From NCBI RefSeq assembly GCF_029945805.1, contig NZ_JAQSDH010000006.1, positions 9,562 to 73,561 of the forward strand: DNA of 64,000 nt, given 5' to 3'. Position numbers and translations under genes: made by a program. This DNA is from Flavobacterium sp. GTDB taxonomy: Bacteria; Bacteroidota; Bacteroidia; Flavobacteriales; Flavobacteriaceae. Positions 44,955-53,941 of this stretch are shown here, piece by piece. Positions within the stretch are counted from its first letter, which is position 1, and each line of letters starts with the position of its first letter. The notes under the pieces were generated by a model that worked only from the letters and a program-made list of their open reading frames with translations, made no database searches and was not told the origin of the DNA.

Positions 44955-46370
44955 TTACTTGATTTGTTTTACTTCGAAATAGGTTTTTCCACTATAATTA
45001 TCAATGGTTGTTGGAGCATTTCCGTTGAAAATATATATTTCAACATAGTCATTAACGGCTAAATTTAAAGTACAATTTATTATTCGAGATATTAACTTGT
45101 CGCCATAATGGTGCGCTGCGGTTTCTTGGTATTCTATGCCATTTTTATAAACTGCTACAGCATATTGTTGAGCGTCATTTTTATTAAAAGTGTGAAAGCC
45201 TGCATTGATTTCATAATAACCCGCTTTCGTTGCTACAAATCTATTGGTTCCAGGGCTAAATTCGCCACCTATTAAATCAAAAGCAACAGTGTCAAATGTA
45301 ATTTTTTGCCACCCTGTCGAAGCTACAACTTGATTTGCACTTAACGTACTTCTTATCAATGAAAAGGTGTTTAATGGATTTGCCCATGAAGTAGCACCCG
45401 CGCCGTTAGTTTGTAACACTTGACCGTTAGTTCCTCTAACAATTGGTAAAGAATAGCCGGTTGTTGCTGGATTTCCAATTTGGATTGTACCATTTGTTCT
45501 AACAATACGATTGTCAAATTCTCCATAAATTAATGCATTATCTACGCTTGAATCCGTTCCATTATTAAAAGTAGAATTTTCGATATATAATTTATTATTA
45601 CCAAGTTCATTATACCCGGCTTGATGTCCAATGGCAATATTGTTTGTGCCTGAAACATTGGAACGCAATGAAGCAAAACCTAGACCAGTGTTATTATTAG
45701 CATTATTTAGAACCATTGTATTCCTACCCAAAGCTACATTTTCTTTTCCAGAAATATTTGAGTATAAAGCACCAACTCCAATGGCAGTATTAGCAGTTCC
45801 ATCTGTATTTAAAAACATCGATTGATCCCCAATAGAGACGTTTAATTGACCTGAGGTATTGACCGGCATAACGTTGCTGCCAATAGCCGTATTTCTAATT
45901 CCTGTCCCTGCCGCATTTAAAGAATTTGCTCCGAAAGAAGTGTTTTTGTTTCCGCCAGCCGTATTCGGATTTCCAATAAAACCAGCTCTAATGTTATTTC
46001 TTTTGAAAACAATATCTACATCGTCAGTAGTTCCTAAGAAATTTGTAGCTGAACTTGTTCCAGTATTTCCGGTTAATGTCCAAGCGGTATTTGATGCTGC
46101 CAATTGTACCCAAAGTGTTCCATTCCAATAATAATAGCCATTGGGCGCAAACCCAGAATTGTAAACTAATAATGAAGTTATAGGAGAAACAATAGTAACG
46201 ATATCACTTGCGCTTGTTAGTGCAACTCGCGGAATAAGAAGGCCGCTGTTGGTAGATGAAATATCAAGTATCGATGCAGCGTTTGGGGAAGTTGTTCCGA
46301 TACCCACTTGGGCATAGAATGTGCTGAAAAAAAATAGCAATAGTAAAGATAGTTTAATTTTCAATTTCAT
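44955..46370 (-). CDS. secreted fibre-like protein: conserved N-terminal GIGT module, NTAIG-type repeats, C1q/TNF-like C-terminal head
   Basis: 471 aa. Signal peptide, VGIGTTSPNAASILDISSTNSGLLIPRV, about 7 repeats of N(T/V)(A/S)(I/L)G, C-terminal jelly-roll-like pattern. See finding. Confidence 0.6.
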   Translation of the reverse strand: MKLKIKLSLLLLFFFSTFYAQVGIGTTSPNAASILDISSTNSGLLIPRVALTSASDIVTIVSPITSLLVYNSGFAPNGYYYWNGTLWVQLAASNTAWTLTGNTGTSSATNFLGTTDDVDIVFKRNNIRAGFIGNPNTAGGNKNTSFGANSLNAAGTGIRNTAIGSNVMPVNTSGQLNVSIGDQSMFLNTDGTANTAIGVGALYSNISGKENVALGRNTMVLNNANNNTGLGFASLRSNVSGTNNIAIGHQAGYNELGNNKLYIENSTFNNGTDSSVDNALIYGEFDNRIVRTNGTIQIGNPATTGYSLPIVRGTNGQVLQTNGAGATSWANPLNTFSLIRSTLSANQVVASTGWQKITFDTVAFDLIGGEFSPGTNRFVATKAGYYEINAGFHTFNKNDAQQYAVAVYKNGIEYQETAAHHYGDKLISRIINCTLNLAVNDYVEIYIFNGNAPTTIDNYSGKTYFEVKQIK

Positions 46371-46548
46371 AAAATCGTGTATTGGAGCATGTAATCCATG
46401 TGCAAAAGTAAATCTAATTTCATAGAATCCATAAAATATCCTTTAAAATCTGTATGTTAAGTAGAATTACGATAGGAATAAACAACTGCTTTTAAATATA
46501 TTTTTTATTTCATAATAGAATGTTCAATTTTGTAATTCAATTACTGCG

Positions 46549-47472
46549 ATGTTAAAAGTCAAAAACATTTCATTTTCTTATCAGGAAAAATTAACCATAG
46601 CTTCCATTTCTTTCAAATTGAAGAGAGGGCAACATCTCGCAGTTATTGGTGAAAGTGGCTGCGGAAAAAGTACGTTGCTTAAACTTATCTACGGCTTATC
46701 TGATTTGGATAAAGGGCAAATTTTTTGGAGTACTACCGAAATTTTAGGCCCAAAACACAATTTAATTCCAGGAATGGATTTCATGAAATACCTTGCGCAG
46801 GATTTTGATTTAATGCCGTTTATTACTGTTGCCGAAAATGTAGGCAAATACCTTTCGAACATCTATCCCGAAAAGAAAAAAGAACGAATTGCAGAACTAC
46901 TCGATATTGTAGAAATGACTGATTATGCTTCTATAAAAGCAAAGAATCTCAGCGGTGGACAAATGCAACGTGTGGCTTTAGCAAGAGTTTTAGCATTAGA
47001 ACCTGAAGTATTATTGCTTGACGAACCGTTTAGTCATATTGATAATTTCAGAAAAAATAGCTTACGCAGAAAATTGTTTAGTTACCTCAGAGAAAAGCAA
47101 ATCACCATTATTTTTGCTACGCATGACAGTTCGGATGCGTTGGCTTTTGCGGATGAAGTTATAGTCATGAAAGAGGGAAAAATCATCGAAGAAGGAATTC
47201 CTAAACTCATATACAACAATCCAAAATCCAACTACATCGCTTCACTTTTTGGCGATGTAAACGAAATTGAAATCGATGGAGTAAGTCAATTTATCTATCC
47301 GCATCAATTTATGATTGTAGAAAAATCTGAAATGAAAGTTGCCGTTTCCAATGTTTTTTTTAGTGGAAGTCATTATTTAATTGAATCCAAATACAACAAT
47401 CAAACTTTATTCTTCGAAAGTGATAATGAAATCGCAATAGGAAAAGGAATATATCTAAAAAAGAAGCCCTAA
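46549..47472 (+). CDS. ABC transporter ATP-binding protein (importer-type ATPase with C-terminal regulatory domain), no adjacent permease
   Basis: 307 aa. Walker A GESGCGKST, LSGGQMQRVALAR, LLLDEPFS. Confidence 0.85.
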   Translation: MLKVKNISFSYQEKLTIASISFKLKRGQHLAVIGESGCGKSTLLKLIYGLSDLDKGQIFWSTTEILGPKHNLIPGMDFMKYLAQDFDLMPFITVAENVGKYLSNIYPEKKKERIAELLDIVEMTDYASIKAKNLSGGQMQRVALARVLALEPEVLLLDEPFSHIDNFRKNSLRRKLFSYLREKQITIIFATHDSSDALAFADEVIVMKEGKIIEEGIPKLIYNNPKSNYIASLFGDVNEIEIDGVSQFIYPHQFMIVEKSEMKVAVSNVFFSGSHYLIESKYNNQTLFFESDNEIAIGKGIYLKKKP

Positions 47473-47500
47473 AATCTATTGACTTTAGAGCTTGTTTTAT

Positions 47501-49918
47501 TTAGTTTTTCAAATACTTTTCAAGAAACTGGTCTTGTTCCCAAAGCAAATGAAGAATATTTTCTTTAGCTACATAACTGTGTGCTTCTTTAGGCAATAAA
47601 ACCAATCGAACCGGTGCACCAAGATTTTTTAATGCTTGAAAATAACGTTCCGATTGCAAGGTGAACGTTCCTGGATTATTATCGGCATCGCCATGAACTA
47701 ATAATAAAGGAGTCTTCATTTTATCGGCTGTCATGAACGGCGACATTTCGTTGTAAATAGCTGGAACATCCCAATAATTTCGTTGTTCACTTTGGAATCC
47801 GAAAGGGGTTAATGTTCTGTTGTAAGCGCCACTTCGTGCAATTCCGCAAGCAAAAAGATCGCAATGGGTCAACAAATTAGCAGTCATAAACGCACCGTAC
47901 GAATGCCCGCCAATAGCCACTTTCTTTTTATTGATATAGCCTAATTTATCTACAGCATCAATTGCAGCTGCAGCATCATCAACCAATTGTGTCATAAACG
48001 TGTCATTAGGTTCTGTTGTGCCTTCTCCAATAATTGGAAAAGAAGCATCATCAAGAATCGCATATCCTTTAGTTACCCAATAAATAAAGGAACCATAACT
48101 TGGGTAGGTAAACTCATTTGGATTTTTATCACTTTGGCCCGCTGAGTTTCTATCTTTATATTCTGCAGGGTAAGCCCAAATCAATAAGGGTAGTTTTTCA
48201 GATTTTTTTATTCTGTCATACCCATCAGGTAAATATAATGTCCCTGACAAATCAACTCCATCTTTACGCTTGTATTTGATCACTTCTTTGTAAATGTTTT
48301 TTATGCTTTCAAATGGATTTTTAAAGAACGTAAGTTGGGTTAATTTTTTAGACTTTATGTTTCTGAAGTAATAGTTTGGATAATCATTTTTAGATTGAAT
48401 CAATACCAAAACATCGCCTTTTTTAAAGTCTTCAATAGATTGTAAATCTTCTTTCTTGTCTTTAGTATTTGAAGTATACAAACGCTTTGTTTTTAAAGTT
48501 CCTAAATTGAATTCGTCAATAAACGGAAACTGTCCTTCTTTTGTAAAACCGTCACCAATTAAGAATAAATTATTGTTTTCAACTGCCAAAACATACCGAT
48601 TGTATTGATTTCTTTTAGTTTCAAAATTACCCGGGTCGGAATAAATATCCTGCGAATTTCTATCGGAAATAATCTTTGGGGCTTGCCCTAAATTGGACGG
48701 ATTAATTAAATACGTTTTCTGATTACGAGTGTCATACCAATCATCATAAACTATGGCTACATTATCATTACCCCAAATCAAACCTGCATAACGTTGCTGC
48801 GTTTTTAATACAGAAGTTGGATCGGCTTTAAAAGGTGCATCCCATGAGAAAAGTTCATCTCTGAAATCTGCTTTTTTAGCCTGATCACCTTCGTCTAAAG
48901 CTACAACATAATAAAGAGAAGCGGGTTTATCACCTCGCCAACCCATGCTTCTTTTTCCTTTTCTAACAGAGGAGAATCCTTTTGGAATTACTTCATTTAG
49001 TGGAACATCATTCACCACTTTTACTTCTTTCCCGGTACCATCGTAAACGACAGTTTTTAATGGAAAACGGTTGTAAGGAACGATATAGGAAAACGGTTTT
49101 TGAACAGTGGTAAGCATAATGTAATTTCCATCAGGAGAAAAGCTTTCACCGGCATATAAATCGGCTGGCATAAAAGGATTTTCACTTCCAGAAAGAGTTA
49201 CTTTGTGTAATTCTGAAGTCATTAAGCTTTCAAAATTAGCTTCGTCTGTTTTATTTTTTAACAAATCAGGATATGTTCTGTTTTGCGATTTTGAACCATC
49301 ACTTGCCGAAACCGTTGGACCTTTAGGCAACTCTTTTTTGATGTCAATTAAAGCTGGACGATTCTTTGGAATCATTTTTACGATTAAAGTTTCGTTATCT
49401 TTCATCCAGTTGTACGGATTTCCAAGAGTAGCATTCAGATTCGCATCCGTAAGTTTTTTGGCAGAAGCCGTAGCTACATCGATGACCCACAATTCAACTC
49501 CCGTGGCTACCGTATTGGTAAACGCAATTTTGGTTTCACTTGGCGACCAAGTGATGTAAGTAATTCTCGGATTTTTAGGTAAACCGCTGATTTGAGTTTC
49601 TGTTTTATCGGTTACTTTTCTGATTTTTAAATTCGAAATATAATTTATGGCACTCCCAATACTGGTAACCGGATTGATACGCAAACCGCCTAAACGTATT
49701 TCATCTTGATTCAAATCATCAAGCGTTTTATAAGTGCTTCGATAAGAAAAAAGCATGTATTGTTTTTTGGAATCCATACTCACGCTTGGCGCCCGTTCAA
49801 AATCTGCCAATGCTAAGATGGAGGCAGATGGTTTTTGATACGTTACATTTTCTTGTGCAGAAATACTACTTGCAGAAATGCAAAAAAACAAAAGTAAAAA
49901 GGCATGTTTTTTACTCAT
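47501..49918 (-). CDS. S9 family serine peptidase (prolyl oligopeptidase/DPP-like)
   Basis: Signal peptide from MSKKHAFLLLFF, beta-propeller-like N-terminal part, nucleophile GGHSYGAFMT, later HGDADNN and EAHSY. ATG at 49918 preferred over 49960. Confidence 0.85.
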   Translation of the reverse strand: MSKKHAFLLLFFCISASSISAQENVTYQKPSASILALADFERAPSVSMDSKKQYMLFSYRSTYKTLDDLNQDEIRLGGLRINPVTSIGSAINYISNLKIRKVTDKTETQISGLPKNPRITYITWSPSETKIAFTNTVATGVELWVIDVATASAKKLTDANLNATLGNPYNWMKDNETLIVKMIPKNRPALIDIKKELPKGPTVSASDGSKSQNRTYPDLLKNKTDEANFESLMTSELHKVTLSGSENPFMPADLYAGESFSPDGNYIMLTTVQKPFSYIVPYNRFPLKTVVYDGTGKEVKVVNDVPLNEVIPKGFSSVRKGKRSMGWRGDKPASLYYVVALDEGDQAKKADFRDELFSWDAPFKADPTSVLKTQQRYAGLIWGNDNVAIVYDDWYDTRNQKTYLINPSNLGQAPKIISDRNSQDIYSDPGNFETKRNQYNRYVLAVENNNLFLIGDGFTKEGQFPFIDEFNLGTLKTKRLYTSNTKDKKEDLQSIEDFKKGDVLVLIQSKNDYPNYYFRNIKSKKLTQLTFFKNPFESIKNIYKEVIKYKRKDGVDLSGTLYLPDGYDRIKKSEKLPLLIWAYPAEYKDRNSAGQSDKNPNEFTYPSYGSFIYWVTKGYAILDDASFPIIGEGTTEPNDTFMTQLVDDAAAAIDAVDKLGYINKKKVAIGGHSYGAFMTANLLTHCDLFACGIARSGAYNRTLTPFGFQSEQRNYWDVPAIYNEMSPFMTADKMKTPLLLVHGDADNNPGTFTLQSERYFQALKNLGAPVRLVLLPKEAHSYVAKENILHLLWEQDQFLEKYLKN

Positions 49919-50056
49919 CAGCAAATTTTTTTTTAGGTATTCGTGAATCTTAGATTTCATAAAATTAAATTTTAGTTTTGGATAGGTCGAATTTACGAAG
50001 TAGTTGTTACATTTTTATTAAATCTTAAAATAAAATCATTACCGTTTAAAATTGTT

Positions 50057-50064
50057 TAATTTTG
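50057..50064 (+). promoter_or_regulatory. -7 box TAATTTTG for fabH
   Basis: Exact TAnnTTTG match, 28 nt before the ATG at 50093. Confidence 0.4.
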
Positions 50065-50092
50065 TGAGTCTAATTATGATAATTTAATAAAT

Positions 50093-51097
50093 ATGTATCA
50101 ATCCAAAATATCAGGTTTAGGATTTTATGTTCCCGATAATGTAGTCACCAATGAAGATTTGTCTAAAATAATGGACACGAATGACGAATGGATTCAGGAA
50201 CGAACAGGAATACAAGAAAGACGACACATTATTCGCGGTCAAGACACCACAACTTCAATGGGAGTTAAGGCGGCAAAAATTGCTATAGAACGTTCTGGAG
50301 TAGCTAATGATGACATCGATTTTATAGTTTTCGCAACCATTTCACCCGATTATTATTTTCCAGGGCCAGGCGTTGAACTTCAAAAACAATTGGGATTAAA
50401 AACAATTGGTGCTTTAGATGTGCGGAATCAATGTTCTGGATTTATCTATGCTTTGTCTGTTGCCGATCAGTTTATTAAAACCGGAATGTATAAAAATATT
50501 TTGGTTGTTGCTTCCGAAGTTCAGTCCTTAGGTTTGGATATGACCGATCGTGGTCGCAGTGTTTCCGTGATTTTTGGTGATGGGGCAGGAGCGGTAGTTT
50601 TGACAAGAAGTGATGATGAAAGTGGAATTCTATCTACTCATTTACATTCAGAAGGCGAACATGCAAAAGAATTAGCGGTTTTAGCGCCGGGAATGGGCGG
50701 CAAATGGGTTACGGATATCTTGGCAGAAAATAATCCGGATGATGAAAGTTATTTTCCGTATATGAATGGCCAATTTGTTTTTAAACATGCGGTAGTTCGT
50801 TTTAGCGAGGTAATTAATGAAGGTTTACAAGCCAATAATTTGACTGTTTCGGATATTGATATGTTGATTCCACATCAGGCGAATTTGAGAATTTCACAGT
50901 TCATCCAAAGGAAATTCGGATTGACTGACGACAAAGTTTTCAATAACATTCAGAAATACGGAAATACAACAGCAGCTTCTATTCCGATTGCTTTGACAGA
51001 AGCTTGGGAACAAGGAAAAATTAAAAAAGGCGACACTGTTGTCTTAGCCGCATTTGGCAGTGGATTTACATGGGCAAGCGCGATAATTAAGTGGTAA
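50093..51097 (+). CDS. fabH: 3-oxoacyl-ACP synthase III
   Basis: 334 aa. NQCSGF catalytic Cys, HQANLRI, GNTTAASIP. Confidence 0.95.
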   Translation: MYQSKISGLGFYVPDNVVTNEDLSKIMDTNDEWIQERTGIQERRHIIRGQDTTTSMGVKAAKIAIERSGVANDDIDFIVFATISPDYYFPGPGVELQKQLGLKTIGALDVRNQCSGFIYALSVADQFIKTGMYKNILVVASEVQSLGLDMTDRGRSVSVIFGDGAGAVVLTRSDDESGILSTHLHSEGEHAKELAVLAPGMGGKWVTDILAENNPDDESYFPYMNGQFVFKHAVVRFSEVINEGLQANNLTVSDIDMLIPHQANLRISQFIQRKFGLTDDKVFNNIQKYGNTTAASIPIALTEAWEQGKIKKGDTVVLAAFGSGFTWASAIIKW

Positions 51098-51141
51098 GAA
51101 AAAGGGAAAAGGGAAAAGGGAGAACAGAAAAGTAAGAAGAA
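51098..51141 (+). repeat. polypurine tract with three GAAAAGG-type repeats directly after the fabH stop codon
   Basis: gaaaaagggaaaagggaaaagggagaa is 27 consecutive purines. The 44-nt stretch has only 2 pyrimidines. Confidence 0.8.
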
Positions 51142-51176
51142 TATTGAGATTTTGATAAGCTAGGCTTAGTTTCTCG

Positions 51177-51221
51177 TTAGCCCCGATGGGAGCTGGCTAC
51201 CATGTAGCGCGGACAGCGGGA
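51177..51221 (-). repeat. REP-like hairpin element, short copy (termini TCCCGCTGTCCG ... CATCGGGGCTAA)
   Basis: The reverse complement reads tcccgctgtccg-cgctacatggtagccagctcc-catcggggctaa. Internal GCTAC-CAT-GTAGC hairpin. A GC-rich island in AT-rich spacer. Confidence 0.6.
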
Positions 51222-51271
51222 GGAATTATCCCGAATACTAAAATGTTGTGCTCCTAAAATTTAAAAAATAG

Positions 51272-51304
51272 AAAAAGCCATCTCGTTTTCACGGATGGCT
51301 TTTT
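51272..51304. terminator. bidirectional terminator between fabH and the convergent TonB-type receptor gene
   Basis: AAAGCCATC / GATGGCTTT stem flanked by an A run and a T run. Confidence 0.8.
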
Positions 51305-51328
51305 CGGTATAACTAAATTCAAAAAATC

Positions 51329-53773
51329 TTATAATAATCCGCCGCCGCTTTGGGTTTCGTTATTATCTCGTTGTTTCCGTTGCATAGCGCTGTTTTTTCC
51401 ACCCCCAAACAGTAGATTGAAACCTACGTAAAGTGTTCTACTTTCCCAATAAAAGGCGCCTTCTTGTTGGTATGGAATGCTTCCTTCAAAGGCAAAATGC
51501 ATCGTTTGGAATATATCATTAAACCTTGCAGTGATGCTTCCTTTTCCTTTAAGTACGTTGTAAGTAGCCCCTAAATCAGCTTTGTACATTGGTTTTCTTG
51601 TAAATTGTAATCCGGCTTCTTGACCTCGGTACATTCCGAAAACGTTGAAGCGCAATTTTTTTGTCGCTGTAAAATTGTTATTTATTCTGAAATTAAAAGC
51701 AGTTACATCAATCTCACCATATTCCTGAAGACCCGTATTGGCATTTTCAACGGTTCCTTTTACTTTTTTGAAATAAGCGTCAGCACTGGTGTTAATGGAC
51801 CACCATTTGGTAGCTTTCAAATTGGCAGAAACTTCAACTCCGGCTGCTTGATTGTTTTCAAAATTGATAAATGAAATAATATCTTGATTGATGTTTTCCG
51901 GATTTTTATAAATGGTTCGCACAATCTCGTCATTGATTTGCCTGAAGAAAATCCCTGAAGTTATGCTACCAATAGTAAGCGTTCTTGTATAATTTATTTC
52001 GAAAGAATTGGTGAACTGTGGTTTCAAATCAGGATTTCCTCTTGACTCTACTAATGGAGTGGTCCACTCGCGAATTGGGCTTAATTGGCCCACACTCGGT
52101 CGGTCTACTCTTCGTGAGAAATTGAAATTGAAAGAATTTTTATCATTCGCTTTATAATTGAAAAACGCTGAAGGATACACCGAAAAAATATCATCCTTAA
52201 GATTCTTGTTATCGTTCACATTTTCAGAAGGAATACTAGAAGTTACGACATTTGAAAAATCGCCATCGATATTAAATTGCTCTAATCTTAGGCCTAACTG
52301 TGCACTCCATTTTCCCCATTGCTTTCCTAAATTCGAATAAACGGAATGAATGTTTCTTCTGAAAATAAATTCTGAATTTCCGTTTCTGTTATAACTTCCT
52401 GAAGTTTCGTCTACATTTTCAAGTAAATTATTGGTAATTCGTTGTAATCTACTTTCCGCACCAAGTTCTAATTTTAAGGTTTCTGAAATTGGGTTAACAT
52501 AGTCAAGATTGATTTGTAGATAATTGACATTTCTGTTGATATCATTATCAGTGATAGTTTCTGAAGGAACAGTAGTTGTTAAATCATAAATTGTAAATTC
52601 AGGATTCTTGGTTTTTGAAAAATTGGATTGAAGTTCAATATTTTCGCCTTCTTTTTTGAAAATATGTTTGTAAACAAAGTCATAAGTTTGAGTAGTATTC
52701 TCAGTATCTGAATCAAAAAGCTGCTGTGAATCATTCCTAGCAGGATCAAAATAGTTGATTAACGTGTTTCCGTTGCCACCACCATTGTTTAAATTCAGAT
52801 TAGTGTAAAATGATATAGTATTTCTATCATCAACTAAATAGTCCAATCCTAATTTTAGTAAGTGTGAAGTATTGAGATTAGCAAATATAAAACGTTGTTG
52901 GTTTTCTAAATTTGGACGGAAGCTTGTAATGTCTCCGTGATTGGCGTTTTTTCCGTGATTCAAACCATAGTTGGCGTACATATTTATTTTACCCACTTTA
53001 TAATTTAGATTGAGTGCTGTATTTACTTTTGGTGTGATTCCGAAGGTTACTCCCGAGTTTAAACTGCCATTAAAGCCTTCATTTGCATTTTTATTCAGAA
53101 TAATATTGATGATTCCACTCATTCCCTCCGGATTGTATTTTGCTGAAGGATTCGTAATCAATTCTATTTGTTTGATAGAAGAAGAAGGAATTTGTTGTAA
53201 TAATTGAGAAGCATCAATATTGGATGGTTTTCCGTCAATTAAAATTCTAACATTTGAGTTCCCTCTTAAACTGATTTCTTTAGTTTGAGCATCAATGCTC
53301 ACTGTTGGTATATTGTTCATGATTTCGGACGCATTATTTCCGGAAGCAATTAAATCTTTACCAACATTGATTACTTTACGGTCAATTTTTTGCACAATTG
53401 TGGAACGTTCGCTTACTATTTCAACGCCTTTAAGTTGCACGGCTTCTTCTTCAAGTGAAACCGTATTCAGATTTGCAGTTTTATTTTCTGGCGTAAGTTT
53501 GATGGTAAAAGTTTGTGATTTGTACCCCATATAGAGTAATTCAACAGTATAGTTGTCCAGCGCTACATTTTTTACGGTAAAATTTCCGTTATCATCTGTG
53601 ATTCCACCTGTAATAACTTTGTCTGCTTTTTTAATACTGATATTAACGTAAGGAATAGGTTGTTTTGAATTCTTGTCAATTACTTTTCCTGATACACTTC
53701 CCGAATTGACAGTTTGAGCTTGCAGAACGGAAAAAGAAGTTAATAAACTAATAAGTAAAATTTTAAATCTCAT
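51329..53773 (-). CDS. TonB-dependent receptor-like outer-membrane beta-barrel with CarboxypepD_reg-like domain
   Basis: 814 aa. Signal peptide, SGKVIDKNSKQPIPYVNI..TDDNGNF, plug-like ISLRGNSNVRILIDGKP, long barrel. Confidence 0.75.
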   Translation of the reverse strand: MRFKILLISLLTSFSVLQAQTVNSGSVSGKVIDKNSKQPIPYVNISIKKADKVITGGITDDNGNFTVKNVALDNYTVELLYMGYKSQTFTIKLTPENKTANLNTVSLEEEAVQLKGVEIVSERSTIVQKIDRKVINVGKDLIASGNNASEIMNNIPTVSIDAQTKEISLRGNSNVRILIDGKPSNIDASQLLQQIPSSSIKQIELITNPSAKYNPEGMSGIINIILNKNANEGFNGSLNSGVTFGITPKVNTALNLNYKVGKINMYANYGLNHGKNANHGDITSFRPNLENQQRFIFANLNTSHLLKLGLDYLVDDRNTISFYTNLNLNNGGGNGNTLINYFDPARNDSQQLFDSDTENTTQTYDFVYKHIFKKEGENIELQSNFSKTKNPEFTIYDLTTTVPSETITDNDINRNVNYLQINLDYVNPISETLKLELGAESRLQRITNNLLENVDETSGSYNRNGNSEFIFRRNIHSVYSNLGKQWGKWSAQLGLRLEQFNIDGDFSNVVTSSIPSENVNDNKNLKDDIFSVYPSAFFNYKANDKNSFNFNFSRRVDRPSVGQLSPIREWTTPLVESRGNPDLKPQFTNSFEINYTRTLTIGSITSGIFFRQINDEIVRTIYKNPENINQDIISFINFENNQAAGVEVSANLKATKWWSINTSADAYFKKVKGTVENANTGLQEYGEIDVTAFNFRINNNFTATKKLRFNVFGMYRGQEAGLQFTRKPMYKADLGATYNVLKGKGSITARFNDIFQTMHFAFEGSIPYQQEGAFYWESRTLYVGFNLLFGGGKNSAMQRKQRDNNETQSGGGLL

Positions 53774-53887
53774 GATTTGTGGTTTTTCTCGCTGCGCTTC
53801 AAATTATTCCGCTGCGGCTTGAGTAATGATTTTTGTTTTTAATAAACAAGTAGACTTTAAAGTGCTTAATTAGTTACAAATTTTAAC

Positions 53888-53917
53888 AAAAAAAAACTCC
53901 TGAAAATTTCAGGAGTT
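53888..53917 (-). terminator. terminator after the giant T9SS cargo gene
   Basis: Minus strand ACTCCTGAAA/TTTCAGGAGT stem, followed by U9. Confidence 0.85.
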
Positions 53918-53941
53918 TCTAACATATTACTATTATGTAGG

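Noticed and set aside
44955-46370. The C1q-like, tail-fibre-like gene as evidence of a prophage
   Set aside because: No capsid, terminase, integrase or other phage genes flank it. Its neighbours are an ABC1 kinase gene and an ABC ATPase gene, and it has a normal signal peptide.
51177-51221. The GC-rich island as a tRNA, SRP RNA or tmRNA fragment
   Set aside because: It has no cloverleaf arms, no T-loop GTTCRANYC and no SRP domain IV motif. The matching termini at 33088-33175 point to a repeat element instead.
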